A DNA stretch of 64,000 nucleotides from Camelus ferus. Taxonomy: Eukaryota. Positions 25,083-38,511 of the stretch are shown piece by piece. Position 1 is the stretch's first letter; every line of letters begins with the position of its first letter. Location: assembly GCF_009834535.1 (NCBI RefSeq), contig NC_045696.1:36024001-36088000 (forward strand), written 5' to 3'. The notes beneath the pieces were generated by a model. The model did no database searches, was not told where the DNA came from, and was given only the letters and a program-made list of their open reading frames with translations. Position numbers and translations under genes: made by a program.

Positions 25083-28000
25083 AATAGTCTCCCTTACAGA
25101 CCTTGACAAAGGGGTCATATCCTTCAGTGTTCAGAAGTAAAGATTGTGTGACATGTGCTAAAATATGGAAACATTCTGGGAGAAAAACATAACTCCTCTC
25201 TTTGACAAATCCAACTATCCCTACCCATTTCAGCTTACCAATATTTTACACCAACACACTTCAATCTTTGATTTCTTTTTAATTGAAATTAGCAAATTAG
25301 AATAATAGAATATGTTTTTGTTTAATAGGTCAGTCAACTTTTCATATTCCATTTTATGGTTTTCAGTGATGGGATTCTACACCAATGATGTCTGCTCCTC
25401 AGAAATCAGATAAGTAATTTTTTAATCACATATAGGTATTTTTCATTCCCATACCTCTGAATATTCTTATTCTGAACTTAACATGAAATTTATATGTACC
25501 TGTAGTCTTCTTACATAAATTATTTTAATATCTTATTTAAAATACATAGAAAATAGTCTGTATTTTAAAATTCTATGTTTGAATATATGAGCATGTTTAC
25601 CTTTTAATACAAATTTTTCAGTCAAATTTAATGTGAAATTACCTGGAGCAAGCAAACTTGCTGGGTTTTCTGTTAAGTAAGAATTCTGAGGCAAATTCTT
25701 AAAGAGACAGTCTTGAGAGTGACATAATTCTGTCAATGGTCAAATTGTATTCTGAGAAATCCCACTGCCATGTCCAAGGAACTCCTAAATAGAATGCCTT
25801 AAGAGTTTCCATACTTTTTGCATCTAATCCCGCATATGTTTTTTGGGAGAGGGGGAGGGCTTACAAAGTGGCAAAATTATTGTAGTGTTTTAGGTAAATG
25901 GTTCTCCTTGAAGGAGAAATAAACTCCATGTTGCCATTCTAAACTGGATATATAGTTCTCCTACTAGTAATTTTATTGTTATTATTTGGCTTGGCCAACT
26001 ACTGTGTATTTCACGATGATTTTTTTCTAAGATAAACTGTTTTAACTACAAACTTGGAGCATACCTTTCTTAAAAAAATTGAAAACTACATTTCACTGAA
26101 ATGGCTGGGGAAGGATGAGTTGTTCCAAATATCCAAGTTGGTAGACTATTGGTAGACTATTTTAAAAGTTGTATATGATGGCTACGTTTAATTAGCTTTC
26201 CAAATTTTATAATATTTTAAAGTTGTGATCCAAACAAAAGAATAAAATGTATGTGCAAATCACTTTACATGTCTTCATGCATGATAAAGGAACACATAAT
26301 ACTACATTATGATAAGAATAAATAATTCATGCATTTCATCAAGAAAAGTTGCCTGCAAATTGATTTAAATATCATTTTGACATTAAATTGGAGTAAGGTA
26401 TAACCAGAATCCCCTGTTTAAAGACAGGACGACAGTTATTAATTGCTAAAATGAAGTATTGTGGCATTTTAAAATTAAGATTAACAATTCTGCCGTCACA
26501 CCAATCACTCTTGACACGTAAGGCTGAACTGCTTCCCGCATGTTACCAAATTATGACAATACCAGCTCCTGTCTTATACTGAAAGGGACATTTCAAAGGG
26601 TTGACAACTGATCCTCAGGAATCTGAAAGGAAATATCAAGTAGGTGTTACTTATCCACATGTGAGGCTTCCAGGAAGACCAGGGGAATTTGCAAGGCTCA
26701 ATATTGCTGGAAATTCACTTAATGCATTCTGTCCTCTCCCCAGTGTCCTACACAGGAATGATTTAGGGATACTGGCTGCCATGTCTTGATTTAGAACTAA
26801 GATCTTAATCACAATAAAACCCCTGCCTTGGCAGACCTTTCCTGTTATCTTCATGAAGACCTCAGCACTAACAGGCACTCAATTCCTCACAATTCTCACA
26901 GAACCACCTTATGGTTTTTCTGGGCAGCCATCCTCTTTTTGGAGTCTGCATTTAGACCAATTGGAGAAAAGATCGGGTGCTTTGGGGAGCAGGTGCTAAG
27001 AGACCCAACAATAAGTGGAGCTTTGAGGGTTGTAGAGCGGTGTAGGTTAAAGCCATCAATTTTACTGCAGGACACTGTTTCTCCTGCTACTAACAGCTGC
27101 TCAGAGGATAGTGGGGAAGCTACCCTGCTGAGCAGATTGGAGTCAGAGGATGGAAAATCTACCTCATTTCCAGGTTGAAGGGTCCCACATTAAAAGACCA
27201 TAAAGCTAAAGTCATTTAAATAGTAGCTCCAAGGGTACATTAACTCTTTTTCTTTCACAATGTCTGTTAATACAGATATCAAAAATAAGTTCCTTGTCAC
27301 TTTAACATTCAACACAACATAACAGGTTTTTAAATTTGATTTCTTGTCTCAGACATTTGTGTTTACACACACACACACAAAAGTTTGAGTAAATGAAAAA
27401 AAAAAAAAAAAGAACAAGCCATCAGTACTTACACATGTGGAAGTCACTGTCACCAAAAAGCTAACACTGGCCATTTGAAACCTCTGCAAAGCATTTAAAG
27501 TACTGAAATAGACATTCCATCATTTATGTTGGAAAAAAATAATTTATTGCCACCCATACTGCTACAAACTTTGAGAGGCTTTGAAATTTCTGCATTGTGA
27601 ATTTAGAATCTCTGTCCTTGAGGAATGCCTTAGAGGAACAAATTTGGAATACAAATTGGCCTTTGAGAAGTCCACTGAGTTAGATGGCTGGATGAATGTC
27701 ACTTTGTGAATGTGCCACAGTCTTCATGGAGAGACCTGAACAGCAGGACTGCCTGTTCCTGCTGCTGTCAGCTGGGTGTTCCCTTGAGAGATGCAGCTTA
27801 TGGGTGCCGTACTGTAACTGTAAACTACTTGGGAAAAGAGGAAAGACTGGGATTTAGAAATGTCTGGCAGCTCAAGGATCTGGTTTGAATGCCAAGTAGC
27901 AGCTGAGACAACTGTGTAATAGCTTTACATTCCCAAAGGAGAAGGGGTTGAAAAAGAAAAAAAGACAGCTAGGTTCTTGTCAATATTTTTGAGAGTAGAT

Positions 28001-30287
28001 ACCACCAATGCTTCTCAAAAAGATCATCATTTTCTAGTTTTAAAAATAATACGTAAGTATGGTTCACATGCAGGGCAAATGGAAAGAATGACTTTATAAT
28101 CAATGTGCCTGTCTAAATGCAATTATATAAATTTGGCTATGCAATGCACAAGCTATTAATGTTACACCCTAAAGATAGCACGCTGCATAAAATATCTAGA
28201 TTACTATATTCAATTATTATAATACTCTATGCAGTGTAGACACTGGTGTAGGCAAATTTTATACAGAATTTTTAAGTGTTCCCATAATATACAATACAAG
28301 CATCATTTTATTTTAAGCAATCAGTGTTTTAATTAAATTATTGGAGTCAGCAGCACTAGATATTTAAGTAGAAAACTGGAATATCAATAATGTACCTCTT
28401 CAGCTGCATTTAATATAGGATTAAATGATAATTATAAGCAATAAAACACAATAACATAGCATTTACTGACTTACAAATTTTTTAATTAAAATTAGGATTT
28501 TTTTAAAAATCAACTACTGATAAACAGAAATGTATGTTATATATGGAATGTATGGAATTTTTCTAAACTTTTTTTTTTATTTTAAGTTGTTTTGCTGTTT
28601 TTTTGTGACGTAACGAATTTGTCTAAGCAGAATTTGAACAATTTGCCTAGGTGGCATCTTAGTAACCTCATTGTGAAGAAAATCAAGAATTTTTTTTTAA
28701 TACAAACTCTACCTTCCAGCTTTAAAACTGCAATCAGAGCTTCCAGCAGATGCTCCTTCGGTTTAAGAACATAAATCATCTTTTGGCTAAAGTCAGAGCA
28801 TCCTATTTAGGAAAATTCTTCTTGGAAAAAAATATCTAATGTGATATCTCATGCAAACAAGGAGTTAAAAGAACTTGCCACCGACTGAGCATGGGGGTCT
28901 GTGCCCTGAAGGGTGAGTCAGCATTCACTCTTCTATTCTGGCCATCTGCTCTTGTCCTTACTTCCTTTTATATCTGCCTGTCTCTGATTTCTATAGCTCA
29001 TCAACAAGGCAGCAGCTGTTGGACTGTCTTCTTGAAGATGCTTAAGCTTCTAGCCTAAACTTCACAGAAAAGGAAATATTAATTTGTAAACATCATCACC
29101 CTTCAATCACTTTGTGACTAAATCATGAGGAAAACCCTAAGTGATTTATAAACACACCAGCATACAGAAGTGTTCCCTATTTCACACCTTTTGTTCCATC
29201 TTAAGGAAAAGCAGGGTCCAGGTGCTTATGTAATTCCCACCTTAACCCCACACATACTGAAAATTATGAAGGGCAAGGTTGGAAAGGAAAAATACTTGGG
29301 TAGGTATGATGCTTACCATATGTGCCAGATTTCAAGTATTTTTCATCAAGCATTAAAATATTCCAGAAATCTCAACATTTTTGCCTCAAAATGCCTATTT
29401 TAAACTGACTCTCATATCTGGAAAGCCATGTGTTTTCCATTCCATGTCTTCATTAGTTTGGAAAATAGAGTCCAGAGGGGCTTGGTAGAAAGCCTGTAGA
29501 CATATTGCGAAAAGCTTATTCTCATCAAATTAGCACAATCATCTAGACTCACATGGTACAAGCATATTCTTTGCACACAATATGTGCTTACCAATGCTAA
29601 TTTTACTTAATTTAGCTCAAAAATAAATATCATATGGATAATGATACCCAATCATTGTCATTCTATAACCCTCAAGAACATAGACTCACTGCAGCTTAAA
29701 GATTCGTGTTTTTCACAAGAAAAAAACTGCAAAACAACCAGCAAACAGCATATTTTGACCATAAAGAATGAAGATCATCTTTTAAATGATGCTATATACA
29801 ATGACAAAGAAATATATAGTAGAAGACTAGCCATGCCCCATAACTTCAAGGTTTCCAAAATTCAAATAATCCCCCAAAGTATGTCTCCATCAGCTTTACC
29901 CTATGCCAGAAATAACTGTCATTATTCTTGTTTCTATTAATAAATATATGCATTTTCAGAGGGTGCTTGTATAAAGGAAATACATTATTCATAATGCATA
30001 GCAGTTTATCATTTTGGCCTTCATGATCTCACTTGGTAAAATTAGACTTCTTTTTAGCATTCCACCATAGATTAGGAATTATAACAAGATAAGTAGTTTT
30101 TAAACAGAGTGTATGCAGTTTTGGTAAAGTCTAAACACAACATAAATTCTAAAATGGCATACACAACTGGGGCGGTGGAGGGTGATCCCTTGAACAGCCA
30201 GGAGAATGAGGTCATGAGGACACTGGATTTCTATTAAAGGTTACTCAGGAAAAGGAACTACTACAAAAACAAGCTTTCCACTACATT

Positions 30288-30660
30288 ACTGTTTGGGACT
30301 GAATTCTGTCTCCTCCAAATTTATATGTTGAAGACTTAACCCCTAGTATCTCAAAATGTGACTATTTGGAGATAGAACTTTTAAAGATGTAATTAAGATA
30401 AAATGAGATCATAGGAGTGGGCCCCAATCTAATCTGAATAAAGTCCTTATAAAAAGAAGAGGTTAAGACACACACAGAGGGAAAACCATGTGAAGACACC
30501 AGAGGAAGACAGCTATCTACAAGCCAAGGAGAGAGGTTTCACAAGAAATAACCTTGCTGTCACCTTGAGCTCAGACTCATACCCTCCAGAACTGTGAGAA
30601 AATAAATGCTGTCCATGCCACCCAGTCTTTGTTTTTGCCGACACAGCAAACTAATACCGT
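30288..30660 (+). mobile_element. MaLR solo LTR (MLT1B-like)
   Basis: tgtttgggactgaattctgtctcctccaaatttatatgttgaag ... cctccagaactgtgagaaaataaat ... gcaaactaatac. Confidence 0.85.
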
Positions 30661-33600
30661 CATCTCCTTTTAGCATGTTGGCCAGGATGGAAAGTAATCC
30701 TCAGGCCTAATGACATGCAACATAATTAAAGATTTCAAGCATACTTTAATGAAGTTTAACAAAGTCAAAGAAGTAAAATTCAAAAAGTGTCATAGACTTG
30801 AAGTAAAGGAAAGAAATAAATGGCAAAATAGGAAGAAAGACTCCAAAAGACCAAGACAGAAAAAGCTTAAAACCAGAAAAGAGACAAGGGAAAAGACATG
30901 TAAAGATCCAAATAGTATGCAGTCTACAGTGGTAATATGGAGCCAAAACTGCCAGTGGCATAAAGAACATCAAATGAAATAAGATATGATGCTCTGATAT
31001 CCTGGTTAATGGATAACATGAAAAGATACCCAAATTATAGCTATGAGTATTCTATGTTACTTTTTAAAAATCATTATAAGTTTAAAAAAAACTTTACTTG
31101 GATATTTTTTAGAAAGTCCATTTGGAATCAATGAATAAATTAAATTATAACATTATTTTAAACTGTATTCTGCACTTATCCATACAGTTCATTAAACTAG
31201 GTTGACAAAAGTGCTATGAGAAAAGAATTTAAATATAAAAGTGAGCATAGCCTGTGGCATCCTTTATTATACTGTATGCTTAATTCTGTGCTACTAAATG
31301 ATTTATTGAAAATACTTTCTATTTTATTAATTTTTCTGCTATTTACTTGCATTATTCAAGTCCATCATAACTGAAGAATGAATTGACAAGGTGTGGTATT
31401 TAAGAGTAAGTGAATATTTAATTGCTCGTTCCATAAGACATGAAAATAAGACACGAAAATGAGTATGTAAGCCATGATGAAAATAAAGAGGAGGGGGTAA
31501 ATATAATATTTGGGGTTAATTTAAAATGGAACCAGATTTGTAAGATAACAAAATATGGCTAAAGTAGCTTTTCTAATAAATTCTCTTCTTAGGTATTCCT
31601 AAGCAAGAGAGACATAAAAGTACTCAGCCAATCCTGAGGGAAAAGAAATTATCTCATCTCTTTATCCCAGAGACCATTTCTCTATTATGGCAGTCACTGC
31701 CCTCTAGTATCTTTAAATGTTTATCCTACCTAATTTGACTATGATTTTGGTACTAAGATTATCTTTTTTTTCCATTTTCAACTTTTAATCTTCAACACAT
31801 TCCCTTGTTGAATATTATACTAATTTAGAGAGTATATCTGGGTATTTTCTATACCACTGAGGTTGGTTAGTATGAAATGCTTCACGGAACATGTTATTTG
31901 TGAAAGTCAAGAAGCCCACTCCAATCAGAGATAATTAGAGAGAAAAACAAAAGGCAGAACTAGTGCTGAATGTTTTAAATAAACATTATTCCAGATCATC
32001 AACATGCCTTAGAAAGGAAGTGTAGTGGGGCCAAGAACTCAAACAGGAAAAATGACTGAGTATGATGCTGATGCTGCCCAGGAAAATAAAGTGGATGCTA
32101 ATAATACAATTATGAATTTGAACAAACATCTTGAGATTCCTGATAATAGTCTATCTTTATTTTTAGGGTACTGTTGTTCAGAAATCTATTAAATGCCTGG
32201 CAGTATATTAGATATCTACCAAATTTGATCTTCAACCCTCAATGCAATAATACAAATATCATTATTCTCTTTGTTACTAACTGATGGTTAGTGGAAAGAT
32301 TGCCAATATTGGAAACATTCTATATCTTTCCTTCTTTCTGGGAACCAACGTTGATTTCTTATCAGACCCACCTTTTAGAGTTGCCTATCCAGCTCTCTTG
32401 AAAAGTACCCCAGAGTTTTCAAGGTTGTCTCATTTTCCAAAAATAGGAAAATATAACTATATGCCCCCATATTTTGTTTACTATGTGACTCTATAACACA
32501 TAAATAAATACAGCTTGTACCTGCAAACTTAATTCAGAGCCTAACTTCTCAGTAACAATAAACACAGCTCCACAAGGACTAGCACAAAAGTCATCCTCGG
32601 TAAGTATCTGAGGGATCCACCATGGCTATACTGAAGTTCCCTTAAAATGATGCTCTTTTCAGAAAGGATTGTGATTCTTACACTTAAACCCTTTTTAAAC
32701 TAGACTTATTGAAGACATAAATGTCTTCATTTCTTAAAAAAGCATTTTACAGCTTTAAGTAGTCACCTAAACATAAATAGCACACCAGATGCCATCTTTA
32801 GAAATCTTCTTTGAACCTTTTAATAATATACTTGAAATTGCTCGTCCAACTGTTACCTTTACAGCAATATTTTTGTCAAGGGGAATTTCTTGGCTGTATC
32901 TGATTCCTTCACATTTATTTTATAACGTATTTGGATTAAGGCACTGTTAAGCACTTTATTGAAATTCCACAAAGAACTTCTCAAAGTACCTTAAAAAACT
33001 AGAGTATTAAAAAAAAACCCACTAGAGATTATAAAAACTAAAAGAATCAAGATTTAATTCATAAGGAAAAAAAACTGATATTCTCCTAAGATCATCAAAT
33101 TTACCTATAGCACTCTATGATTTGCTTCTAATCTGAAGAAAGCTTTGAAGTCTCCTGCTATGAAACGCTGTCATTGTCATTTCTATTTTCACAGTCTAAA
33201 TGTTTCCCTGAATCTGTATTCATGTAATCTAGAATTAATAAAATGCAGATACTAAGAATAAAGGAAATAACAGTAAGATGGCTTGATTTTATCTCCATGA
33301 TTTCTGCTTACTGGGAGTGACTGAACAGAGAAATGGTGACTTCCAATGTCAACTAGGCCACATGAAAGTGTCAAGGTAACATAATAACAAGAACTTCATT
33401 CTGTTTAAACCTGCCACAAATAAGCAGGCTGGCCAAAATGCCAAATTTTAACTACATGATAAATGTGTCTTACTTTTGGCCTAACCCTATAATGCTACTA
33501 AATATTTAAACAGAGAATAGATGTCAAATTTAGAGATGCATACCTAAAATATTTTGATTAAGTATTAAAAGATTTTCTTCTTTCAGATATAGTAATATCT

Positions 33601-34048
33601 TTTAGTGGAATGTTACCACATTTGATCTACTCCCTTCCTTGGAAATAACCCAAAAGAAATCCTATGAAAAATCCCTTTACAAATGATCAAATAAAAGAGA
33701 ATTACTAATCTTAATAATTCTTATCCTGCTAATGTTAAAATATCATACCAAAAACACTGCAATAAGAAAAAACTTTCAATTTTTAGATTGAAAAAGAAAG
33801 ACACAAGTTAAATATTTCCCTTTCGATCAAAGTGCCACAAACTTGAAAGGATCTGCAAAGTGGAAACAGGTGTAGTCAACTGTTGGAGTATTTTTTAAAT
33901 TGTTTGACATGTTATACCAGTGTGATCCAAAACTGAAACCTGACGTTACTATAAGCATTGGAAGATCATAAATCACTTTAGACAGCACACTGTAGTCATA
34001 GTTTTTTCACACTGGAAGTATGTTGTAATACTTTGTATTTTCTATATC

Positions 34049-34155
34049 AGAAAACTTTAGTATTTTTAACGTAAGAAAACTCTGTATTAACTTTGTTACT
34101 ATGAGGAAACTTTAATATTTTTAATATGAGAAAATTCTGTATTATTTTGTTTCTT
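34049..34155. repeat. Diverged two-copy tandem duplication (~55 bp unit)
   Basis: gaaaactttagtatttttaacgtaagaaaactctgtatta vs ggaaactttaatatttttaatatgagaaaattctgtatta. Confidence 0.8.
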
Positions 34156-35679
34156 AATAAACAATATACAATCTTTAAATGATAAGATGGAAATTTAACT
34201 TTCTTTCCATATTTTCAATACAATATATATAATTCCATATTGCTTGCAAAGCAATTAAATATTCTTTCTGCTTTGGCATATTTTTGATATTTTATTAAAG
34301 GCCAGACATATTAGAATGATGATTTCAAGCAGACTTCACACATTCACATTTTACAGTTGATTTAGTTGGTGCATAATTAAAATTACAAAGAAATTAAAAC
34401 CCTCATTAAAAAAACTGCATACTAATTTTGTTTTTATAAGAAAGGAAAGTTTCATGTAAATGCTAACAGTTTCATATTTTGCAACAGCATCTCTCCAAGG
34501 ATGCCAATTTTTTTCATAGAAACAATCTTAGAACATCTTTATTTAGCCCTATACCTCATAGTGACACCAAGAGTGAAAAATAATTCAGATAAGAAAAATG
34601 GCGCATGGGATGCTGGCTCCTTCCCCTGCTCTGTGTATCTCTCTTGGAGTGACAGTCCTATTCCAACTATAACTTTGCAAAATTAACAGTTATGCTAAAT
34701 ACATACCCAAAATGGTGTATTTGAAAACTTCACTCTTGATATACATATTATATCCAATTCTCAAAGAAATAATACAAACAATTTTAACATTTTTAAAAAT
34801 ATACTTTTCTCATTGTTCACTTCTTTTTGTTTTTCCCTCCCTCTGGTGCCAAGAGATTTCTGCTGTTGTCTACTCAATTCCCTCACCTCTTGTTAATTCC
34901 TAGCTCCACTTCAGTCAAACATACTATAAGAAGAATAAAACTCAGATAGCTATTTTTAACATTAAACTATACTTTTTTAATGCTTTATGTTACTACGAAT
35001 GTATGCTATGACTTGACTTTTTTTCTATTTTCTAAGGAATACTTTTCTGTTGTGAAGTTATCAAAATACATTCCATGGATTGAAGGCATCCAAACAGTCA
35101 CTAGCAGAAGAATATATACCACACAATCCTTTTAAAATGCTTATAATAACAGTTGGGGTTTACAATAACAAACGAAGGGAAAGATGAAGGAAATATACAA
35201 ATCATAAGCTTCAAGAAACACATAAATCTTTATGAAATTTTATCATAACTCAGACAAACGTTATCCTTTCAAAACCTGCCAGATCACGCCAGACATTATA
35301 TCCAGTTTTAAAACTCAGGTGCTTTGAAGTTATCTTTGAAGTCCTCAGCTTTGGAGTGTTGGTCACTCCTCAGATCACACAATGCCTGCGCTAGTTCTAT
35401 GTCATGCTATTGTTTCCCCATGTCAATCAGTGTTTCTTTCTCTCTTTAACATAAAGGCACATAGCTTTGCTATCTATAATATATAATCTGAAGATGTTAA
35501 ACTTTTTTCATAAAAGGTTACATTTATAAAAGATAATGGAGTAAACTGGACTTGGTAGATTGAAAAGAGAAAAAAAAAATGTTTATTTCAAACTACTGTC
35601 CTCTTCAAACTCACTGTGTCTGCTTACTTCTTCTTGCCTGCAGACGACAGTTTATCCAAAACGTACCTCTTTTCTCATA

Positions 35680-37140
35680 TTAACTTATTCATTCATTTAA
35701 AACCTATTTCAAATGTCTACTAAATGCCAAACACTGTTCTAGGTGCTTAGAAATACCAATGACCAACATCAATGATTCCTATGGAATCTAGTTAGGGAAA
35801 GGCATCAAAAGTGAGCAAGTCTATGGAAAAAAATCAAAATAATAAAAGCATGGTAAAAGAAGCCAGAAAGTCCAGTTTGGGAGTGGGGAGCAGTAGGGAA
35901 GGTATGTGGGGGGTGTCAGTATTTAGTAATTAATTATGGTCATTAGGATAAGCCTCATTGAAATAGTGAGATCAGACCAGGGGGTGAGCTTTGCCAAATT
36001 GATATCCAGTAGAAGAACACTCCAGAACAGATAGCATAAAAAGCTTAAAATAAGAACATGTCTGTGTATGACATGTGGAATCTAAAAGAATGATACAAAT
36101 GAACTTATTAAGAAACAGAAATAGACTCACAGACATAGAAAACAAATTTATGGTTACCAAAGGAGAAGGAGGGGAGGGATAAACTAGGAGTTTGGAATTA
36201 ACAGATACACGCTACTATATTTTATAGAAATATAGTATGTTCAGATAAACAATGAGGACCTACTGTATAGCACAGGGAACTATATTCAACATCTTGTAAT
36301 AACTTACAATGGAAAAGAATGTGAAAAAGGAGATATAGAACTGAATCTGTTTGCTTTACACCTGAAAGTAATACAACATTGTAAATCAACTATATTTCAA
36401 TTAAAAAAAAAGAACATGTCTGGGATGTTTATACAACATCAAGGAAATGTGTGCATACGGTAGGAGACGTCAGAAAGGAGAGGAGGGTAGCAGAACATGA
36501 GAACCATATTGGCCATTTTCTAGGCCTTCTAATCTGAGTGAAAAGGAAATATGACATAATCTGACATATTTTAAAAGGGTAAGTAAGTATTCAGGTAAGA
36601 GATGATGGTGGTGCAGACAAAAGAGGTAACAGTGGAGGATATGTTTTGAAGATAGAGCCACCATCATTTCCCAACAGATTTGATAGAATGTGAGAGAAAG
36701 AAAGGAAATTTCCATACATTTTGGAACAACAGGAAGAGTGGAAGTGAATCAGATGTATAGGGGGGAGTGGAAAGTGACGGAGCACATTTGGGACAGAATA
36801 GTTGGAATTTCAAAAGTTTTATACATGGTGCAACTGTGATGTTTGTTGGCCAAGTAGAGATGTTGAGTAGGCAACTGAATTTGAGTCTGTAGTTATATTA
36901 CAGACCAGCCCAAGACAGTTTAAAAATTGGGGAGTCATCAGCATATAGTCTTTAAATTTAGTTATGAGACTAGACGTTTAACCATGAGTTTGTACCTTAA
37001 AAAGAGAAGTCTAAAAACTAAGCTCCGGGCCATACCAATGTTAATGAGTCAGTAAAAGAGAAGAAATTGACAAAGGCAACTAAGAGTGAACAACCAGTAA
37101 GTTAGGGAGAAAGCCAATCAAGTACAGTGTCCTGGAAATA
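35680..37140 (-). mobile_element. L2 LINE fragment (host of a short L1)
   Basis: attcattcattt...ctactaaatgccaaacactgttctaggtgct; gagatgttgagtaggcaactg; ggggagtcatcagcatatag. Confidence 0.8.
36069..36409 (+). mobile_element. Short L1 3' end with TSD
   Basis: TSD aagaacatgtctg at 36052-36064 and 36410-36422; 3' UTR gacctactgtatagcacagggaactatattc; A tail. Confidence 0.9.
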
Positions 37141-37149
37141 AAAATTTAA

Positions 37150-37337
37150 AAGATTGAAACTCTGACTCTAGTAAAGATATCATTCCATACATGTGACATA
37201 TCCAAATTGGATTTCAGTAGCCAAAACTTCCATGATAGTGGTGGCTGCTGACTCTGGATCTACAATTTTAGCATCCTCCAAATGCATTTTGCTCTTGAAT
37301 AGAAGGAATTTTGGAGCAAAAAAAATCTTTCCTATCA
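37150..37337 (+). pseudogene. piggyBac-like transposase fossil, piece A (N-terminal part of core)
   Basis: With frameshifts reads LKL*L-SKDIIPY-VTYPNWIS and (W>TAG at 37300)KE..LEQKKSFLS; cf. piggyBac FKLFFTDEIIxxIVxxTNxYA and WKxVTVEEMKAFLGL; cut by an L1 at 37338. Confidence 0.55.
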
Positions 37338-38511
37338 TTTTTATTTTAAATATAGTCAGTTTACAGTGTGTCAATTTCTGGTGTACAGCATAATGTTTCA
37401 ATCATACATATATTCATTTTCATATTTTTTCACTATAGGTTACTACAAGATATTGAATATAGTTCCCTGTGCTATACAGAAGAAACTTGTTGTTTATGTA
37501 TTTTATATATAGTAGTTAGTATTTGCAAATCTCAAACTCCCAATTTATCCCTTTCCATCCCCTTTCCCCCTAGTAACCATAAGTTTGTTTAGTATGTCTA
37601 TGAGTCTGTTTCTGTTTTGTAGATAAAAAACAAAAAGAAGAAACAAATGAACTTAAGATTTCACATATGAGTGATATATGGTATTTTTTTCTTTCTCTTT
37701 CTGGCTTATTTCACTTAGAATCTACATGGATGTCTCCATAGATAGATGATCTCCAGGTCCATCCATGTTGCTGCAAGTGCCATTATTTTATTCCTTTTTA
37801 TAGCTGAGTAGTATTCCGTTGTATAGCGTTGGTGGTATACTGGTGAGCATAGGTGCCTTCCATTGTATAAATATACCACAGTTATCTAGTCATCTGTCGA
37901 TGGACATTTAGATTGTTTCCTTTCCTTAGCTAGTGTATGTAGAGCTGCTATAAACACTGAGGTGCATGTATCCTTTCAAATTTGAGTTCCCTCCAGATAC
38001 ATGCCCAGAAGTGGGATTGCTGGATCATATGGTAAGTGTATTTTCAGTCTTTTGAGGAATCTCTATACTGTTTTCCATAACAGCTGCACCAAACTACATC
38101 CCCACCAATAGTATAGGAGGTTTCCCTTTTCTCCACACCCTCTCTAGCATTTATTGTTTGTGGACTTTTGAATGATGGCCATTCTGACTGATGTGAGGTG
38201 ATATCTCATTGTAGTTTTGATTTGCATTCCTCTGATAATTAGCGATATTGAGCATTTCTTCACGTACCTGCTGGCCATTTGTATGTCTTCACTGGAGAAT
38301 TCTTTGTTTCTGCCCATTTTTGGATTGCACTCTTTGGTTTTTTGTTATTAAGCTGTGTGAGCTGTTTATATATTCTGGAAATTAAGCCCTTGTCAGTTGC
38401 ATCATTTGCAAATATTTTCTCCTATTCCGTAGATTGTTGTTTTGTTTTGCTTATGGTTCCTTTCACTGTGCAAAAGCTTGTAAGTTTAATTAGGTCCCAT
38501 TTGTTTATTTT
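37338..38511 (-). mobile_element. 5'-truncated L1 3' portion
   Basis: KINKWDLIKLTSFCTVK ORF2 remnant, 3' UTR (agttccctgtgctatacag), T-rich tail at ~37338; no clear long TSD. Confidence 0.92.
37826..37862 (+). pseudogene. Tailless retrocopy of the 5' half of tRNA-Gly(TCC)
   Basis: gcgttggtggtatactggtgagcataggtgccttcca matches remembered tRNA-Gly-TCC nt 1-37 with 2 mismatches; TSD ttcc(g/a)ttgtata at 37814-37825 and 37858-37869. Confidence 0.85.

Noticed and set aside
31695..31710. CTCF-like motif ctgccctctagtat
   Set aside because: Lacks the terminal GG of the core; a single degenerate motif is not supportable.
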